A stretch of 63,639 nt of DNA, counting the filler, from Octopus bimaculoides (lineage: Eukaryota): the NCBI RefSeq assembly GCF_001194135.2. It is 6 parts of 6 records of this genome, joined end to end, with 100 filler letters (N's around TTAATTAATTAA, not from the genome) between each part and the next. Parts side by side here need not be neighbours in the genome. Positions count along the whole stretch, not along the records: positions 1 to 19,487 come from NC_068986.1; positions 19,588 to 45,616 come from NC_069003.1; 4 more parts are not named here. One strand, 5' to 3'. A program made the translations under genes and the position numbers. This document shows positions 11,326-25,105 of this stretch, piece by piece (position 1 is the first letter of the stretch; each line of letters opens with the position of its first letter). The notes beneath the pieces are model-generated. The model saw only the letters and a program-made list of their open reading frames with translations, ran no database searches and was not told the DNA's origin.

Positions 11326-11455
11326 TGTCTGTCTGTCTGTCTCTGTCTGTCTGTCTCTGTCTGTCTGTCTCTGTCTGTCTGTCTCTGTCTGCCTGTTTGT
11401 CTGCTTCTCTGCTTGCCTGCCTACTTGCCTCCCTGTCTGTCTCTCTGTTTGTCTT
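11326..11455. repeat. (TCTG)n/(TGCC)n compound microsatellite
   Basis: Seen directly. Confidence 0.9.
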
Positions 11456-11681
11456 TCTGTCATGATTGTTATTTTATGCCTGTTTTTTTTTTTTTATACT
11501 GGCATGGTTTTGAGGATCCAGTGAGTCAGGGGATCGCATCATGCTCCACTGTCTCTGTTTTGGCATGGATGTCCTTCCCAACACCAGCCATTTTATAAGA
11601 GTATTGGGTGCTTTTTCTTTTTTTCAAAGTGCAATCACTAGTGAGGTGGTCTTGCAACTTGCAAGAAGAAAGAGTCTAAAG

Positions 11682-11941
11682 CAGTGGTTTCCAAACTTTT
11701 TGGGGCTGCCAACCCATTGACACACTGGTCAGATTCTTAGTGCCCCCCAAACCACTCACCGCCACAAACAGACCAAAACAATTGTTTTTCACAAATAAAA
11801 CTTAACCTAATTAACCCATTATTTTGTTGTTTTTACACTCATCACTCCTTTGCCCACATTATTGTCCCCACTTTCCTTCAACCCCTCTCCCCTATCACCC
11901 CACACCCAGGAGAGCAGTACTACTCACTTTGGGAACCACTG
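11682..11941. mobile_element. hAT (Charlie-like) MITE, 260 bp, inserted into an older RTE-3'-derived repeat (~11503-11975)
   Basis: TIRs CAGTGGTTTCCAAAC and CTTTGGGAACCACTG, with a perfect 8-bp TSD GTCTAAAG at 11674-11681 and 11942-11949. This is close to the NTCTAGAN target preference of Charlie-type hATs. Confidence 0.92.
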
Positions 11942-12499
11942 GTCTAAAGGGTCCCCATGTCTGAAAGAAGAATATGAGTGAAAGAGAGAGAGAGAGAGTG
12001 TGATGATTCTAGGTGAGATAAGAACAGGTAAAAAATGCTGAGAGGAGCAGATTTATATCTGTGAGATGGTGGTAGTGGGGTGAGTAATAGAATAGATATT
12101 ATTGGGAGAGGGAGTGTGGAAGAGACAGTGGAAAGGAGGAAGGAATTAGTGCCAGGGGTTTGTGAGAAAAGGAAGGACAGAAGGGTAAAGGTGATGTGTT
12201 GAGTTGTGTAGGGAGTGGGGTTCTGTTGCTATCCCACAACAGGTGAGTATGGGTTGAAGGTGTGAGGAGAAGGGAACATGAAAGAGAGGAAGAGAAGAGG
12301 GTGACAAGGAAGATGGAGAGGGTTATTAGAGGAATGAAAGGTTTGGGTCATCTTGGACGTTGGTCTGTAATGAGCAAGTGTTGAGGTGACAGAGAGCCAG
12401 TAAGGAGAGGACAGTGGGAGAAAATGAAGCAGAGATGGAAGTGGTGTGTAAATGCAATGAGAGTAGTGAGGAAAAGAGAAGCAGAAAGAGAGGCATATT

Positions 12500-13020
12500 A
12501 TGTGTGTGTGTGTATACACGCATATATGTGTGTATATATATGTATGTATACATAGATATATGTATGTATATGTATGTATATATAGGTATATGTGTGTATA
12601 TATGTATGCATTTATATATATGTATACATGTGTATATATGTATATATATATATGTATACATGTGTATATATGTATACGTGTGTATATATGTATATATATA
12701 TATATATGTATATAAGTGTATATATATATATATATATGTATGTATACATATGTATGTATATACATATGTATTTATACACGTGTGTGTATATATATGTATG
12801 TATACGCACATATATATATATGATATGTACGTATACACGTTTGTATATATATATATATATGTATACACATTTGTGTGTGTATATGTGTATGTATACACAT
12901 ATATATGCATGTGTATATGTATACACACACACCTGTATATTTATATATACACACATGTATGTGTGTATAAACACACACATATATGTATCTATCTGTCTAT
13001 ATCTCTATATCTATATACAT
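12500..13020. repeat. Long degenerate (TA)n/(TG)n compound microsatellite. Similar tracts occur at 1-110, 16780-17280, 26640-26940, 29170-29660, 38520-38700 and 56270-56680.
   Basis: Seen directly; source of the YIYI/CVCV pseudo-ORFs. Confidence 0.95.
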
Positions 13021-13470
13021 TTAACATCCATTTTCCATGTTTGCATGGGTCAGACACAATTTGTTGAGGCAAATTTTCTATGTCCAGATGTCATTTCTGT
13101 TATCAACTCTCACTTGTTTCCAAGCTGAGTAATATTTCCCCATGACCAGACATGTTTTCAAGGAAGACTGGAAGGGAACATCACTTTTATGATGGTGATG
13201 CTTGCTTGCAGGTATTACATGGTATTGAAATGAGGGTATACACCAGCATGTGCGCGCACACACACGTTTATGTGTGTGTGTGTGTGTGTGCCTGCATGTG
13301 ATTATAATATGATATAATATAATTTTCACTGATTGAATTTGTTGGATTTCAAATGCATAAGACTCTACATTACACTGCAGTATATTGGTTTACTATGTGG
13401 TTTGTAGCCTGGTCCACCAAGGGAGCTTTTTTGTGATTAGCACTGGATTATATAAATCAATATATTGTAC

Positions 13471-13518
<48 letters not shown>

Positions 13519-13520
13519 TG

Positions 13521-13618
13521 CAATAGGCTTCTTTATTTGCCCAAGGTGCTGTGCAGTAGGACTGAACTCAAGACCACATGGCTGGGAAGCAAGCTTCTTA
13601 ACCACACAGCAATGCCTT
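13521..13618 (-). mobile_element. tRNA-derived SINE head fragment
   Basis: Reverse complement of GTGTGGTTAAGAAGCTTGCTTCCCAGCCATGTGGTCTTGAGTTCAGTCC...CACCTTGGGCAAA; B-box-like GAGTTCAGTCC. Confidence 0.75.
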
Positions 13619-14225
13619 TATATATGTGTATACATGTACACACACAGTCATAGCATAGACTATCTAGAAGTTACTTTTGTTGTTGCCCTAAAGATATGTT
13701 TACTTAAACTGTTTTGATGTCTCTTTCCTCCCCTTCTCACCTTACTTTCTCTCTTATCTCTTTTTATATACTCACTCAGGTACTTAAACTTTGCCAAATA
13801 AAAACAGATAACCTAAAAATCATGGGCTGGCTTCTTCATGACAAGAAAATAAATCCCTTTGCTACTTTAACCTTTTATTCTGATACTTTGCTAACCCCAA
13901 TATTTAATCTTATTTTTTGCTTTTACTAATGTGTTTATATTTCCTTATTAAAAAAAAAATTCTGTGCTTATTGGTCTAATCATTCCCCACTCCACTGCAA
14001 TTTCAATGCTGTCACATTCCCCACTCCCCAATAACAAATCTATCCTGAGTCATTCCTTAACAAGTAATATAACTTTGGCCTTATGCTGAGGCTGCTAGTG
14101 TCTTATCCTGTATTAGGCTTTTTGTACCTAACCCTGATAACTCCATCTCATATCAGGTAACTGTGTTTATACCCCCTCTGCACAATAACAGCACTCATGA
14201 CAATATTAAATAATCCTTTCTAATA

Positions 14226-14428
14226 CAGGCACAAGGCCTGAAACTTTTAGGGAGTATGTAGTCAATTACATTAACCCAGAACTTAACTGGTACTTATTCT
14301 ATAGGCCCTGTAAGGATGAAGGGCAAAGTTGACTTTGCTAGCATTTGAACTCAGAATGTAAAGAGCTGGCAAAAATGCTGCTAACCATTTTGTCTGGCAC
14401 AGGGTTGGTTCTGCTTACTTGCTGCCTT
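14226..14428 (-). mobile_element. tRNA-derived SINE, second family (Nin-domain-like core), diverged
   Basis: Reverse complement matches the 50376-50605 copy (CTGAGTTCAAAT...AAAGTCAACTTTGCCCTTCATCCTTACAGGGCCTATAGAATAAGTACCAG). Confidence 0.75.
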
Positions 14429-14593
14429 TATGGATAACAATAACAAATAATATTCATTGATAACTATAACAAACAGCTAATACCAAAGCCAGTGTGGCAA
14501 AGCATTGAAAATTAGGTGACTGATAAGAAACTCCAATGAAGGGTCTATAAGATCTTTCTGCAGACTATCTCAATGATGATTGACAGTACCAAC

Positions 14594-15530
14594 ATCAATG
14601 TGGCTGGTGACTTCAGTGAATACATTGGTCAACACCACAAGGGGCTTCCATAATGTCCATGAATGTTATAGCTGCGGTACAATGAATGACAAGAGTTTAA
14701 GGCTCTTACAGTTCTGTGATGCAGCTGCTAACAGTTTGCAAAACAAACTTCATGAAACCAGCCAGCCACCTGCTCACCTACAAGTCTGATGAATACACAA
14801 GTTAGATTTCAGCCTCATAAGGAAATGCAATAGCCAGACCATTGTAAATACTATAGCATTTCTTGGTGAAGAATGCTCTACCCAACACATATTAAAGACT
14901 AGTAACTTCAGAGTTAGCATGAAGCAAACTCAGAAACAGAAGACGATACTGAGAAGAAAGACATAGGAACTTAAAGAACCTGCAATTGACCATAGGTTTA
15001 AAGAAATTCTACTTGATGTGTATAATGGTAAGGAGGAGCTAGATACTTACAACACAGATGACAGCTGAAAGTTCTTACATGATAAGGGTTACAAATTACG
15101 TGCTCAGGGTTACAAATTACACATGCAGCTGGTACAAAGTCGTGGCCAGGCTGAAGGTGACATGGTAGTGGAAAGACATGGTAGATAGAGCTGTAAAAGC
15201 TAAAAGACCAGCTTCCAATGACTGAAAAGAAGGTGAAAGAGCTAGAAGGGACGCTTGGTGTCGGGTGTATCTGGTTAAGATAAAAGCAGAAAGGAAGAGC
15301 TTTGCATATGTTCTGCAATGTGAGGGCTAGATGCATGAGGTGATTGCAAGATAGTGGGTAAGAGAAGACCTAGATATCAGGGAAAATTTATTTGAAATGA
15401 TGAAGGCACACCATTACTGTTGATGAAAAGAAAGAAGCTTGGAAATGTTACTGATGGAGGCTGTTGAACAAAGAGAAAGTAAGGGTTAAAGAAGGGCTAC
15501 CTCACGTCAACATGGGAGAGGAACCAGCCA
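14594..15530 (+). mobile_element. Degenerate RTE LINE, apurinic-endonuclease and linker region
   Basis: INVAGDFSEYIGQH ... RLLQFCDA ... KPASHLLTYKSD..TS*ISLIR matches the RTE endonuclease motifs GDFNGHVG, LLEFC and HLITYxSG..SQIDYIL. Many stops and frameshifts. Confidence 0.75.
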
Positions 15531-16500
15531 CAGTTTAAATGGAATATTTATAGCATCAGTAACATCAGTCATGGAGAGCCTGCATGGGTCAAGAGCTCTG
15601 TACCAGCCTCAAGACTTGGCAGGTACAGAAAACCCAGAAAGATGGGAAAGACAGAAGTCTTTTATCTCTGGGCGTCATTTATCACAGTAACATGATTAAA
15701 CTAAACAAATATTTGGTAACATTTAAAACAATAAATAAATAAATAAATATTTGATATTTCTCAAGATGTTTGCTAATGCAATGTGAAGTGTATTTGTAAT
15801 AAGTTACAAGTGATGACTGAATTTTCCTGTAAGAAACACTCCTGAAGATGGCTGTCATTATCAACAAAAACTCCTAATTAAATATATATGACTGGTATTG
15901 TGTTAGTGCTGTATATGGTCATGCATCGACCATGTTGGAACCCTTTTACTATCATCAAATGATTGCACTAAAAGTGAATTAAGTAGAAACAGCAAGGTTG
16001 TCCTTGATGCAATTGATGAAAGTATACAATCCACTATATTGTATATTAATAAATAAATATATTTATAGGGAATGATTAATAAATTTTTCCCTTATGAGGT
16101 TTTCCACGCTAACTATTAAGTAGAAACAGCAATTGATGAAAGTATACAATCCACTAACCTTCTCCTCTCATTGATAGATTGGTTTACCAATTTACATGAC
16201 AAATGTGACTGCAAAATCACTTGAGAACATTTTAGCGCAGGCTTTGTAATTTGGTTGGAATAAGCTACTATCATAGGTCTGCACATAATTGTCATTACAC
16301 ATGCCAGAAAGTCCCTCCTTATCTTTCAGTGATATTTTCTGGGTAAAGTGTAATTGTTCAGAAGTCTTTGCTAAGACTATGGGCTGCTTTGATGGAGTGC
16401 ATTGTTATAGGAATATTTATTTTAGATAATCTACTATGTAAAACAAAACAAAACTGCTTTTCAAATGATTTTCTTGTCTATGTAATATATATATTATTAT

Positions 16501-16752
16501 CATCATTATCATTTAATATCCATTGTCCATGCTGGCATGGGTTGGTCGGTTTGACCATTCCTGGTAAGTTGGAAGGCTGCACCAGACTCTGATTTGGTAT
16601 GTTTACTGCAGCTGGATGCTCTTCCTAATGCAAACACTCTGAGACTGTAAATGGGTGCTTTTACATGCCACCAGCATGGGTGCCATTTGTGTGATACCAG
16701 TATCTGCCATGACTGCAATTCTGCACAACTTAATGGGTCTTCTTCTCAAACA
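16501..16752 (-). mobile_element. RTE 3'-UTR-derived short repeat ending in a (GAT)n tail. Other copies at 47043-47170, 47729-47945 and 54153-54415.
   Basis: CATCATCAT..TTTAA..CCATGCTGGCATGGGTTG...GCTGGATGC.CTTCCTAA matches the 3' end of the long RTE at 48278-49850. Confidence 0.75.
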
Positions 16753-16783
16753 CAAAATAATGATGACTATGATGATGATGATA

Positions 16784-16837
<54 letters not shown>

Positions 16838-16979
16838 GTGTGTGTGTGTGTGTTTGTGTGTAAGTGATTCTAAATTCTCAAACATAGGATAATGCTAATA
16901 ATATAGCCTGAACAGGATAGCTACCCCTATTTTGCAGAAAAAAGTGTTGGTGGCCAGCTATATGTATATGTATATATAA

Positions 16980-17033
<54 letters not shown>

Positions 17034-17049
17034 ATGTATATATGTATTG

Positions 17050-17089
<40 letters not shown>

Positions 17090-17368
17090 ATAGATATATA
17101 TATATGTATATAGATATATATATGTGTATATATATATGTGTATATGTATATATATATATATATTTGTATATATATATATGTGTGTGTGTATATATGTGTG
17201 TATTTATGTGTGTATATATATATGTATATATATGTGTGTATATATATATATATTTATTTATATTAATGAATAAATATATTTATAGAGAATAATTAATAAA
17301 CTTTTCCCTTATGAGGTTTTTCACGCTTACTATTTGATAAATTCTTATAAAGATTTTATCCTGTATTT

Positions 17369-17431
<63 letters not shown>

Positions 17432-18635
17432 ATCAAAGGTTATCTGAGTTAGAAGTTAAAATAACTCTCTAAGGGATAGAAGTATCCACTACACTACCAG
17501 TATATTACCTATGTTTAACCACGTGCAAGCATATGCAAACATATTACACTCAGAAATTATAGGTAAAGACAAGGATAAGCATGGGTTTATCAAGAATCAA
17601 AATTTAAATAATAACAGAAATTGGAGAAATATTGGTGAACAACAATTGACTTACATCAATTGTTATTTATCAATTCAATGCAAAGAGACTGCATCCCATC
17701 TAACAGCTGTTTCTGCTTCCAATGTTGTATGGTATTGCCATTGATATGCAGAAATATTTATCATATTTAGTAATAAAACTGATCTGAAACATGGGGGCTT
17801 CATCAGAATGAAAAATAAATAAAGAAGAGCATGTAGAAGAAAAAGGGAAAAGTTGAATATGGTTGTGATTATACCATTTTGCTTGTGTATATCTTTGAGA
17901 TGTTAAGTAAATGAGTATACCAAAATAGCAGTTGGTTGATTAATCCTTTGTACAGGGGGTGGGTGGTGAATAGGATGGATAAATAATAAAAAAACAAAAT
18001 AATGGGATATGCCAAAAGGTTAGTTGGAAAAGGGGTGATGATATAAGGTTTTCGATTAATCAATAATTTATAATGATTATGTTTGCATTACTAATTAATA
18101 GTAATTATCATAATAAAGTGCTAATCGGTTAAATGTATTTTTTTATTTATTTACTAATAGGTGGTTATGCCTTTTCCCCTGTTGTCCGAAGTAAGACAGG
18201 CCAAGGTCTGTTTGATGGAATTGGTCAGTTGAAATTTAAAAACAAAAGACCAGCTATTGAGACCGTTATACAGAGTAAGATAAATAGATAAATGAATAGT
18301 AAAAAGGTGCATGTTGTAAGGGGCCCTAAAACACTTAGGATGGTAACTACAAGATTAAAAATAATATCATGGAATAAATATTAAGAGAGGAACCTATTTG
18401 AACATTTAGGAAGTAAGATGGTTGGGGTTGAAAATGGTCCGAAAGTATTTTAATAGGAATGTGAAATTAGTAAAAACAACGAAACAAATTTATTCTGTAG
18501 GAAAAGTATGGAGATATTTATGGTTAAGAGGAAGTAATAACTAGGGTAAGTGGCCATAATTAGGGACTGCTGGTTGCCATCCAGTGCACCTAAACAGCTC
18601 ATATATATATGTGTGTGTATGTATATATGGGTGCA

Positions 18636-18692
<57 letters not shown>

Positions 18693-18734
18693 NNNNNNNN
18701 NNTATATATATATGTGCATAAGAATATATATAAA

Positions 18735-18773
<39 letters not shown>

Positions 18774-18861
18774 AATTGAGATTCAGATGAATTAGGTACT
18801 TAAGTTGAAGCACCAAATCAGTGCAGTATTATCTGTACAACTCAAAGTAAGGTGAATAAAA

Positions 18862-18960
18862 TCAAAATAAGCAACAGGATCAAGAGGTGATGCAGTAGGA
18901 CTATTTCAAGCAGCTCCATTTAATTGAACAATGCAATTATTACATCAGTCATAAATATTG
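18862..18960 (+). repeat. Interspersed repeat associated with (TA)n tracts; second copy at ~31435-31540
   Basis: AAAATAAGCAACA(G/A)GAT..CAAG..GTGATGCAG...TTTCAAGC..CTC.ATTTAATTGA.CAATGCAAT is shared by both loci. Confidence 0.6.
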
Positions 18961-19360
18961 TCAAGATTTCTAGAATTAGTACAAAGTAACTATCTATAAA
19001 GGAGGCTGGATAGGAGAAGACACCAAATCAAGATGTTAATTACCAGTTAAAGGGGCAAGATGCTAATAAAACCTATTATATTAATACAGAGGAAATTATC
19101 ATGGAGTACTGTAGGTGAATGTATATAAACAATATTGTTATGTTCTATACAATTTAAGATTATTAAAAATGATATTATAACCAAAATAGATAAAATCATG
19201 CATATCAGAATGTATTTCATGAAGTGTTTTTAGTCTTTGTCTTTGGAATGATTTAGATTCCGTAACAATTTGTAGAACGTATATTGGTTCTGTGCCAACT
19301 TGGATTTGAATTGGATTAAAGTTCATCTACAATTACAATTTTTTCTTTTCCTTATACTTC

Positions 19361-19404
<44 letters not shown>

Positions 19405-20436
19405 GTGTGTGTGTGTGTATATATATGTATATATATATATATATGTATGTATGTATATGTATGTATGTATATATATATATATATATANNNNNNNNNNNNN
19501 NNNNNNNNNNNNNNNNNNNNNNNNNNNNNNNTTAATTAATTAANNNNNNNNNNNNNNNNNNNNNNNNNNNNNNNNNNNNNNNNNNNNTATATATATAAGC
19601 AAATTCTTAAGAATTACACAAAATACTGTTTCGCAGTGGTGGTTCTTCTTGACATGAAGTTCGAATCTGGCTTTCGTGCATTTTGTCCCCTTCATTCGTC
19701 GCTAATTTCAGCGTTTCTGAACCACATTCGGACTAATATTGATATATAATGTGTTTGAAGATCCTGTTCCCTTGCTCAGCTATCCCATGACTTAGATCTC
19801 CCTGTTCCATTCTGCTCCCAAACCGATATCTGGAATATAAATACATAACATCACACAGAAAATTTGATGTCACAAATCTTTAGTTCAACCGATTATATTA
19901 TTCAGATAAAAAGTACATATGTAGTTTTATGCATTCATACAGACCTGTATGCGTTGGTTGAGGAAAACAGTCAATCCCTTCACTTATCTGATCTTCTCCA
20001 TCCTGAATAAGGACCCTGATTCAAATATTTGATGCTTATGTCCCCTTGCTAATTTCAATGTACAATCTCTATCGCTTTCTTTTTAGAAAATGATACAACA
20101 CTTAGTGACACATCCCAAAACCAGACTGTGAATATCTTTTTTTGCACGCTTATCACGCACTCATAAGCAGCCACCCTCACCCACATACACAGACAAACAA
20201 ACACACACATGCACATACAGGCACACACACACACACACCACCTACTCGAGCAACCAGCTGCAAAACGCTTTGCTGAAACAATTGCAGCGATGTATAATAG
20301 AAACTTTTCAATCCATCTCGAATTGAAATTTATTTCTATTCTATACATACAGACACTCACACACATACACACACACATACATACACATCTAACACAAACA
20401 CACATATATATACAAATATATATGTATATATATATG

Positions 20437-20475
<39 letters not shown>

Positions 20476-22164
20476 NNNNNNNNNNNNNNNNNNNNNNNNN
20501 NNNNNNNNNNNNNNNNNNNNNNNNNNNNNNNNNNNNNNNNNNNNNNNNNNNNNNNNNNNNNNNNNNNNNNNNNNNNNNNNNNNNNNNNNNNNNNNNNNNN
20601 NNNNNNNNNNNNNNNNNNNNNNNNNNNNNNNNNNNNNNNNNNNNNNNNNNNNNNNNNNNNNNNNNNNNNNNNNNNNNNNNNNNNNNNNNNNNNNNNNNNN
20701 NNNNNNNNNNNNNNNNNNNNNNNNNNNNNNNNNNNNNNNNNNNNNNNNNNNNNNNNNNNNNNNNNNNNNNNNNNNNNNNNNNNNNNNNNNNNNNATATAT
20801 GTTATGCGTACAAACATTGATATGTACATCTGAAAAGTGACGCCGAGAAGCTATTCACCAGCTAATTATAAGACCGTATGCATAACAATATAATTACTGT
20901 AAAATTGCTTCATATTTTATTCGTGGCATATTTTTATTAGAAAAACATCGATTAACTGAGATTATCTATGACATTAGTGCACAAAAAAAAAAATCATTCC
21001 CTTAGTGGGTGAAATAATAAGAAAAATGTATGAGATAATTCGAATGCGATAATTAATATAAATTTCTTTATATAAATACACCAAAAAGGAAAGAAAGCTG
21101 GCGAAAAATACCGCAGGAGTTTTCTGCGTATTGAATATAAAGTCTGCGTTCTTTGACCTTTGTAACAGTTTTCAAATATATCGATTTGCCGGCTTCCTGC
21201 ATGATGTCCGTACACAAAACATTTGTAATAACTTTCGAAACCGAAAGTGAGATAAATCTAATAAAACAGATTACCCCAAGCTTTTGAAAGAATATAGAAA
21301 TTTGAGTACGTGTATCGATTGTGGTTGAAGCCCAGCTGTATAAAAAGTAAGAACATGTTTTGATCTTATTTATCCTCTTCATCAACGGTTATTCTATTCA
21401 ATATGTCTCACTAATTTTGTTCAGATTCCTATAGTGGGAGATAGAGCGTAGGAAACACCCGGATTAGGAATTGCCTCTAGATAAAATTATAGCGGCCCTT
21501 CAGCTTTTCTAAGCCTTGTAAAATAAACTAGAAGGTTGGGCTTTCAACCAGGTCTTTCCCGATACCCTTAAAGCCAGGACGTTTCCAGCACCCACTCGTC
21601 TTGTTTAAAGTATACCAGCCTTACACAACCAACACACGGTGAACCTTACCCTAGTCAAAACCGCAAATCCGCTTTCGCTTGTGTGTTTACACTGTTATGT
21701 GGTTATATGCGTCTGTTCTTCTTTCAAGGATGTCAAGATATAATTTTAGGCAGGGTTAGTTTCTATTTCTAACAGCTCGACGGTTCACGATGAAGCCTCG
21801 CGTAGCCGCCAAATTAAGTGTTTTCTAAGCGAGTCGTCTACAAAATCAAGTAGGACACGTGAGTTTCATATTTAATTAAAACTGAGAATATGATATTAAA
21901 AAATATATAAAAGACTTGTCTGAGATTCTCGAAGCAAGAATGAGAAAATAGAGAGCTTCAAAGACACACAGACAGACATATGTGCAGACAGTCAGCGGGA
22001 CAGATTAAGAAGGAGACAAGAAGCTAAAGACAAGTATTTTGAACAAGACGTGGTCTGGTTGCAAATATTGCAATGAAATCTGAAAGAAATATAAATTGAT
22101 AAATAATATAATATACAGTGCCGTTGGACAGATGCTTATGNNNNNNNNNNNNNNNNNNNNNGCG

Positions 22165-22197
<33 letters not shown>

Positions 22198-22260
22198 ATG
22201 TGTGTGTCTATTTGTGTATGAGTGTGTCTATGTATCCATGTCTTTATATGTATGTGCGTT

Positions 22261-22310
<50 letters not shown>

Positions 22311-22573
22311 TGTGTGTATCTGTGTGTAACACAACCGACTGGCAGAATCATAAGTTCATTATTTCAAATCCTGCCCAGAGCAAAATCGTGGGTCTTCCTT
22401 TCGACACTATCACAGATGCAGGGAGAACGATACAGGGGTCGATATCTTAGATTGTCTACCAGATATATCCTGATCGAGCCGAAGAGTACTTTGCGTTGTA
22501 CCTTTGCAGAGGCACATAATCAGAGTCAGAGCATCTCGACCCGAGCGCATAGACCATTAGGTGGTGTGATTGT

Positions 22574-22624
<51 letters not shown>

Positions 22625-23503
22625 TGTGTGTGTTCACTCAACATATGAGTAAAAGTATACGTATATACACACACACACACACAGAGGCAACCATGTGCTG
22701 CCATCTGTTGGTGTCCTACAGAACTAGGCCGGGAACTTTTTGCTGCCTCCTCTTATGTATATACCTACATATATACATACATAGATCTATATATATACAT
22801 ATGTGTATATNNNNNNNNNNNNNNNNNNNNNNNNNNNNNNNNNNNNNNNNNNNNNNNNNNNNNNNNNNNNNNNNNNNNNNNNNNNNNNNNNNNNNNNNNN
22901 NNNNNNNNNNNNNNNNNNNNNNNNNNNNNNNNNNNNNNNNNNNNNNNNNNNNNNNNNNNNNNNNNNNNNNNNNNNNNNNNNNNNNNNNNNNNNNNGTGTG
23001 TGTGTGTGTGAGTGTGTGTGTTCACTCAACATATGAGTAAAAGTATACGTATATACACACACACATATATGTCCATGTTTCGACCCTCCTTACGCCCTCA
23101 TCAGGGATGCTTATTCCTCATAGAATATTTGTCGAAATATTTATGGCAGGTTCAGTAAATATGTATTCAAAATATTATATTGTTAGACGTAAAAACTTAA
23201 ACTACTTTAAAGAATTCATAGATTTTATCTGCGTAATAACATTTGTTAAGTTACATAAAACGAAGACATTTAAAGAAAACCACCGAAAACTAATTGAGAA
23301 AGAATGATCTTCAGTCACTAATGAATAAAATATTATTTATTTATACGTACATCGTTGAAAACTCTACATATAATTTTCGTGTATCTTATTATGAAACGTT
23401 GACAAGGAAGCATTTCTAGTCAGTAGAAGTACCGAATTAGAAACACAATACCATTAGATAGATAGAGAGATAGATCGATAGAGGGATAGATAGATAGATA
23501 GAT

Positions 23504-23587
<84 letters not shown>

Positions 23588-24219
23588 ACAGAGAGAGAGA
23601 GAGACTGACAGAGAGATAGAGACTGACAGAGAGGGAGAGTGAGAAACAGAGAGAGACACACATACAGATGGATAGATAGATAGATAGATTGATAGATAGA
23701 CAGGTAGATAGATAGATTGTAAGATAAATATAGGTACAACTATATAAATATACATTTGGCTATATGTATATATATATTTAAAGAGAGAGAGAGAGAGAGA
23801 GAAACATGTTCAAACATATATATCTAAACATAAATACATACATACCTATGTACGTACATAAAACATAGATGCATATATGCCTGTGTATATATCTCTCTCT
23901 CTGTACTTGTGTGTGTCCGAAGCCTGTGCCTGCGTGTATGTATGCACGTGTGTGTGTAAGCGTGTGTATGTGTGCGTGTGCGTGTGCGTACGTGTGTGTG
24001 TGTATGTGTGTATGTGTGTATACTGGCTGGCTTTGAAAATACAATTGTTTTGAGATCGTCTTTTCAAAGATAACATTCGCCAAGTTTAATTACTTTTCGT
24101 AACGCAATTACTGTACGTCTTCCAATTCCACAATGTCTAATATATGGAAATGTTGTAAGCATTATATATCGCATTCACTTAGGAAAGATTTGGCATCAGT
24201 TCTCTCCACGAACGTGAGG

Positions 24220-24309
<90 letters not shown>

Positions 24310-25105
24310 ATACACTTATACATATATGTATGTATTGTATATATATACCCATATATGTGTGTGTGTTTGCAGTCCTGTTCACTATTGGCCAACGCCTTTC
24401 TATATATTTCATACACCGATTCTTTGTCAGAGCTCATATACATATATATTAAATCTACGGTTATTCGTTTTCATATATAAACTTATAGCAGAAATGATTG
24501 TGTTATAAGTATTTCCTGTCCTAAATCCTTTTCCTTTGATGAATCTTGAAATGCCAAGATATTCGTTAAAATGTACTTTCTAGCTATGTCTTGATAACAT
24601 GATGAAACACGGAAAATATCCTTAGACTTTCAAATACAATTTGTGGATATTTCTGACAGAAAGGCGCCACAAGTACGAGATACGACTAACAGAAGACTCA
24701 CGGTTACTACAAAGGAAGCACACGCAAAGATATGCACAATCAATTCTTTATGATTGTAGTCTTTTTTTTATTTCAATTTCCATTGTTGTCGCATATTTTT
24801 TAATTTTCTTTTTCTTTTACTATGCGCATCGATGAACTTGATTAATTTAGTTGGTAAAACTTTATGCTGAAGAACCGAATAAAGAGAATTTTACATATTA
24901 GAAAATTCCCATTGCTGTGCAGACGGTTCCCCTCCGTCGATTATATAAATATGAAAGATTATATAAATACGCACCCAGGGGTTATATAAGTGGCCATGTC
25001 AGGGTAAATAATGCAACATACTGCGCTCTTACAAGCGTCCAAGTTACGTTAGAAATAAAGATTGCATTTCGAAAAATAAACATACATATATACATACATA
25101 CATAT

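Noticed and set aside
11990-12490. Strongly purine-skewed + strand tracts (also at 54440-54900)
   Set aside because: Possibly decayed LINE ORF2 read on the minus strand, but no motif was clear enough to call.
12229-13128. Many long ORFs of [16 protein letters not shown] type in the ORF track (also at 41-43 kb and 61-62 kb)
   Set aside because: These are translations of dinucleotide microsatellites and N gaps, which lack stop codons.
19532-19543. TTAATTAATTAA embedded between N-runs, recurring at 45661, 58159, 60629 and 62516
   Set aside because: The same 12-mer always sits between ~50-N blocks and has stops in all six frames. It is an assembly or scaffolding spacer, not biology (and not a CRISPR-like repeat).
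21068-21385. 105-aa minus-strand ORF without simple repeats
   Set aside because: No recognisable domain, and the overlapping frames are equally plausible. Only the short exon-like part is kept as a weak finding.
22610-23066. ~70-bp sequence repeated on both sides of the 22811-22995 gap
   Set aside because: Probably an assembly overlap artefact at microsatellite-bounded contig ends.
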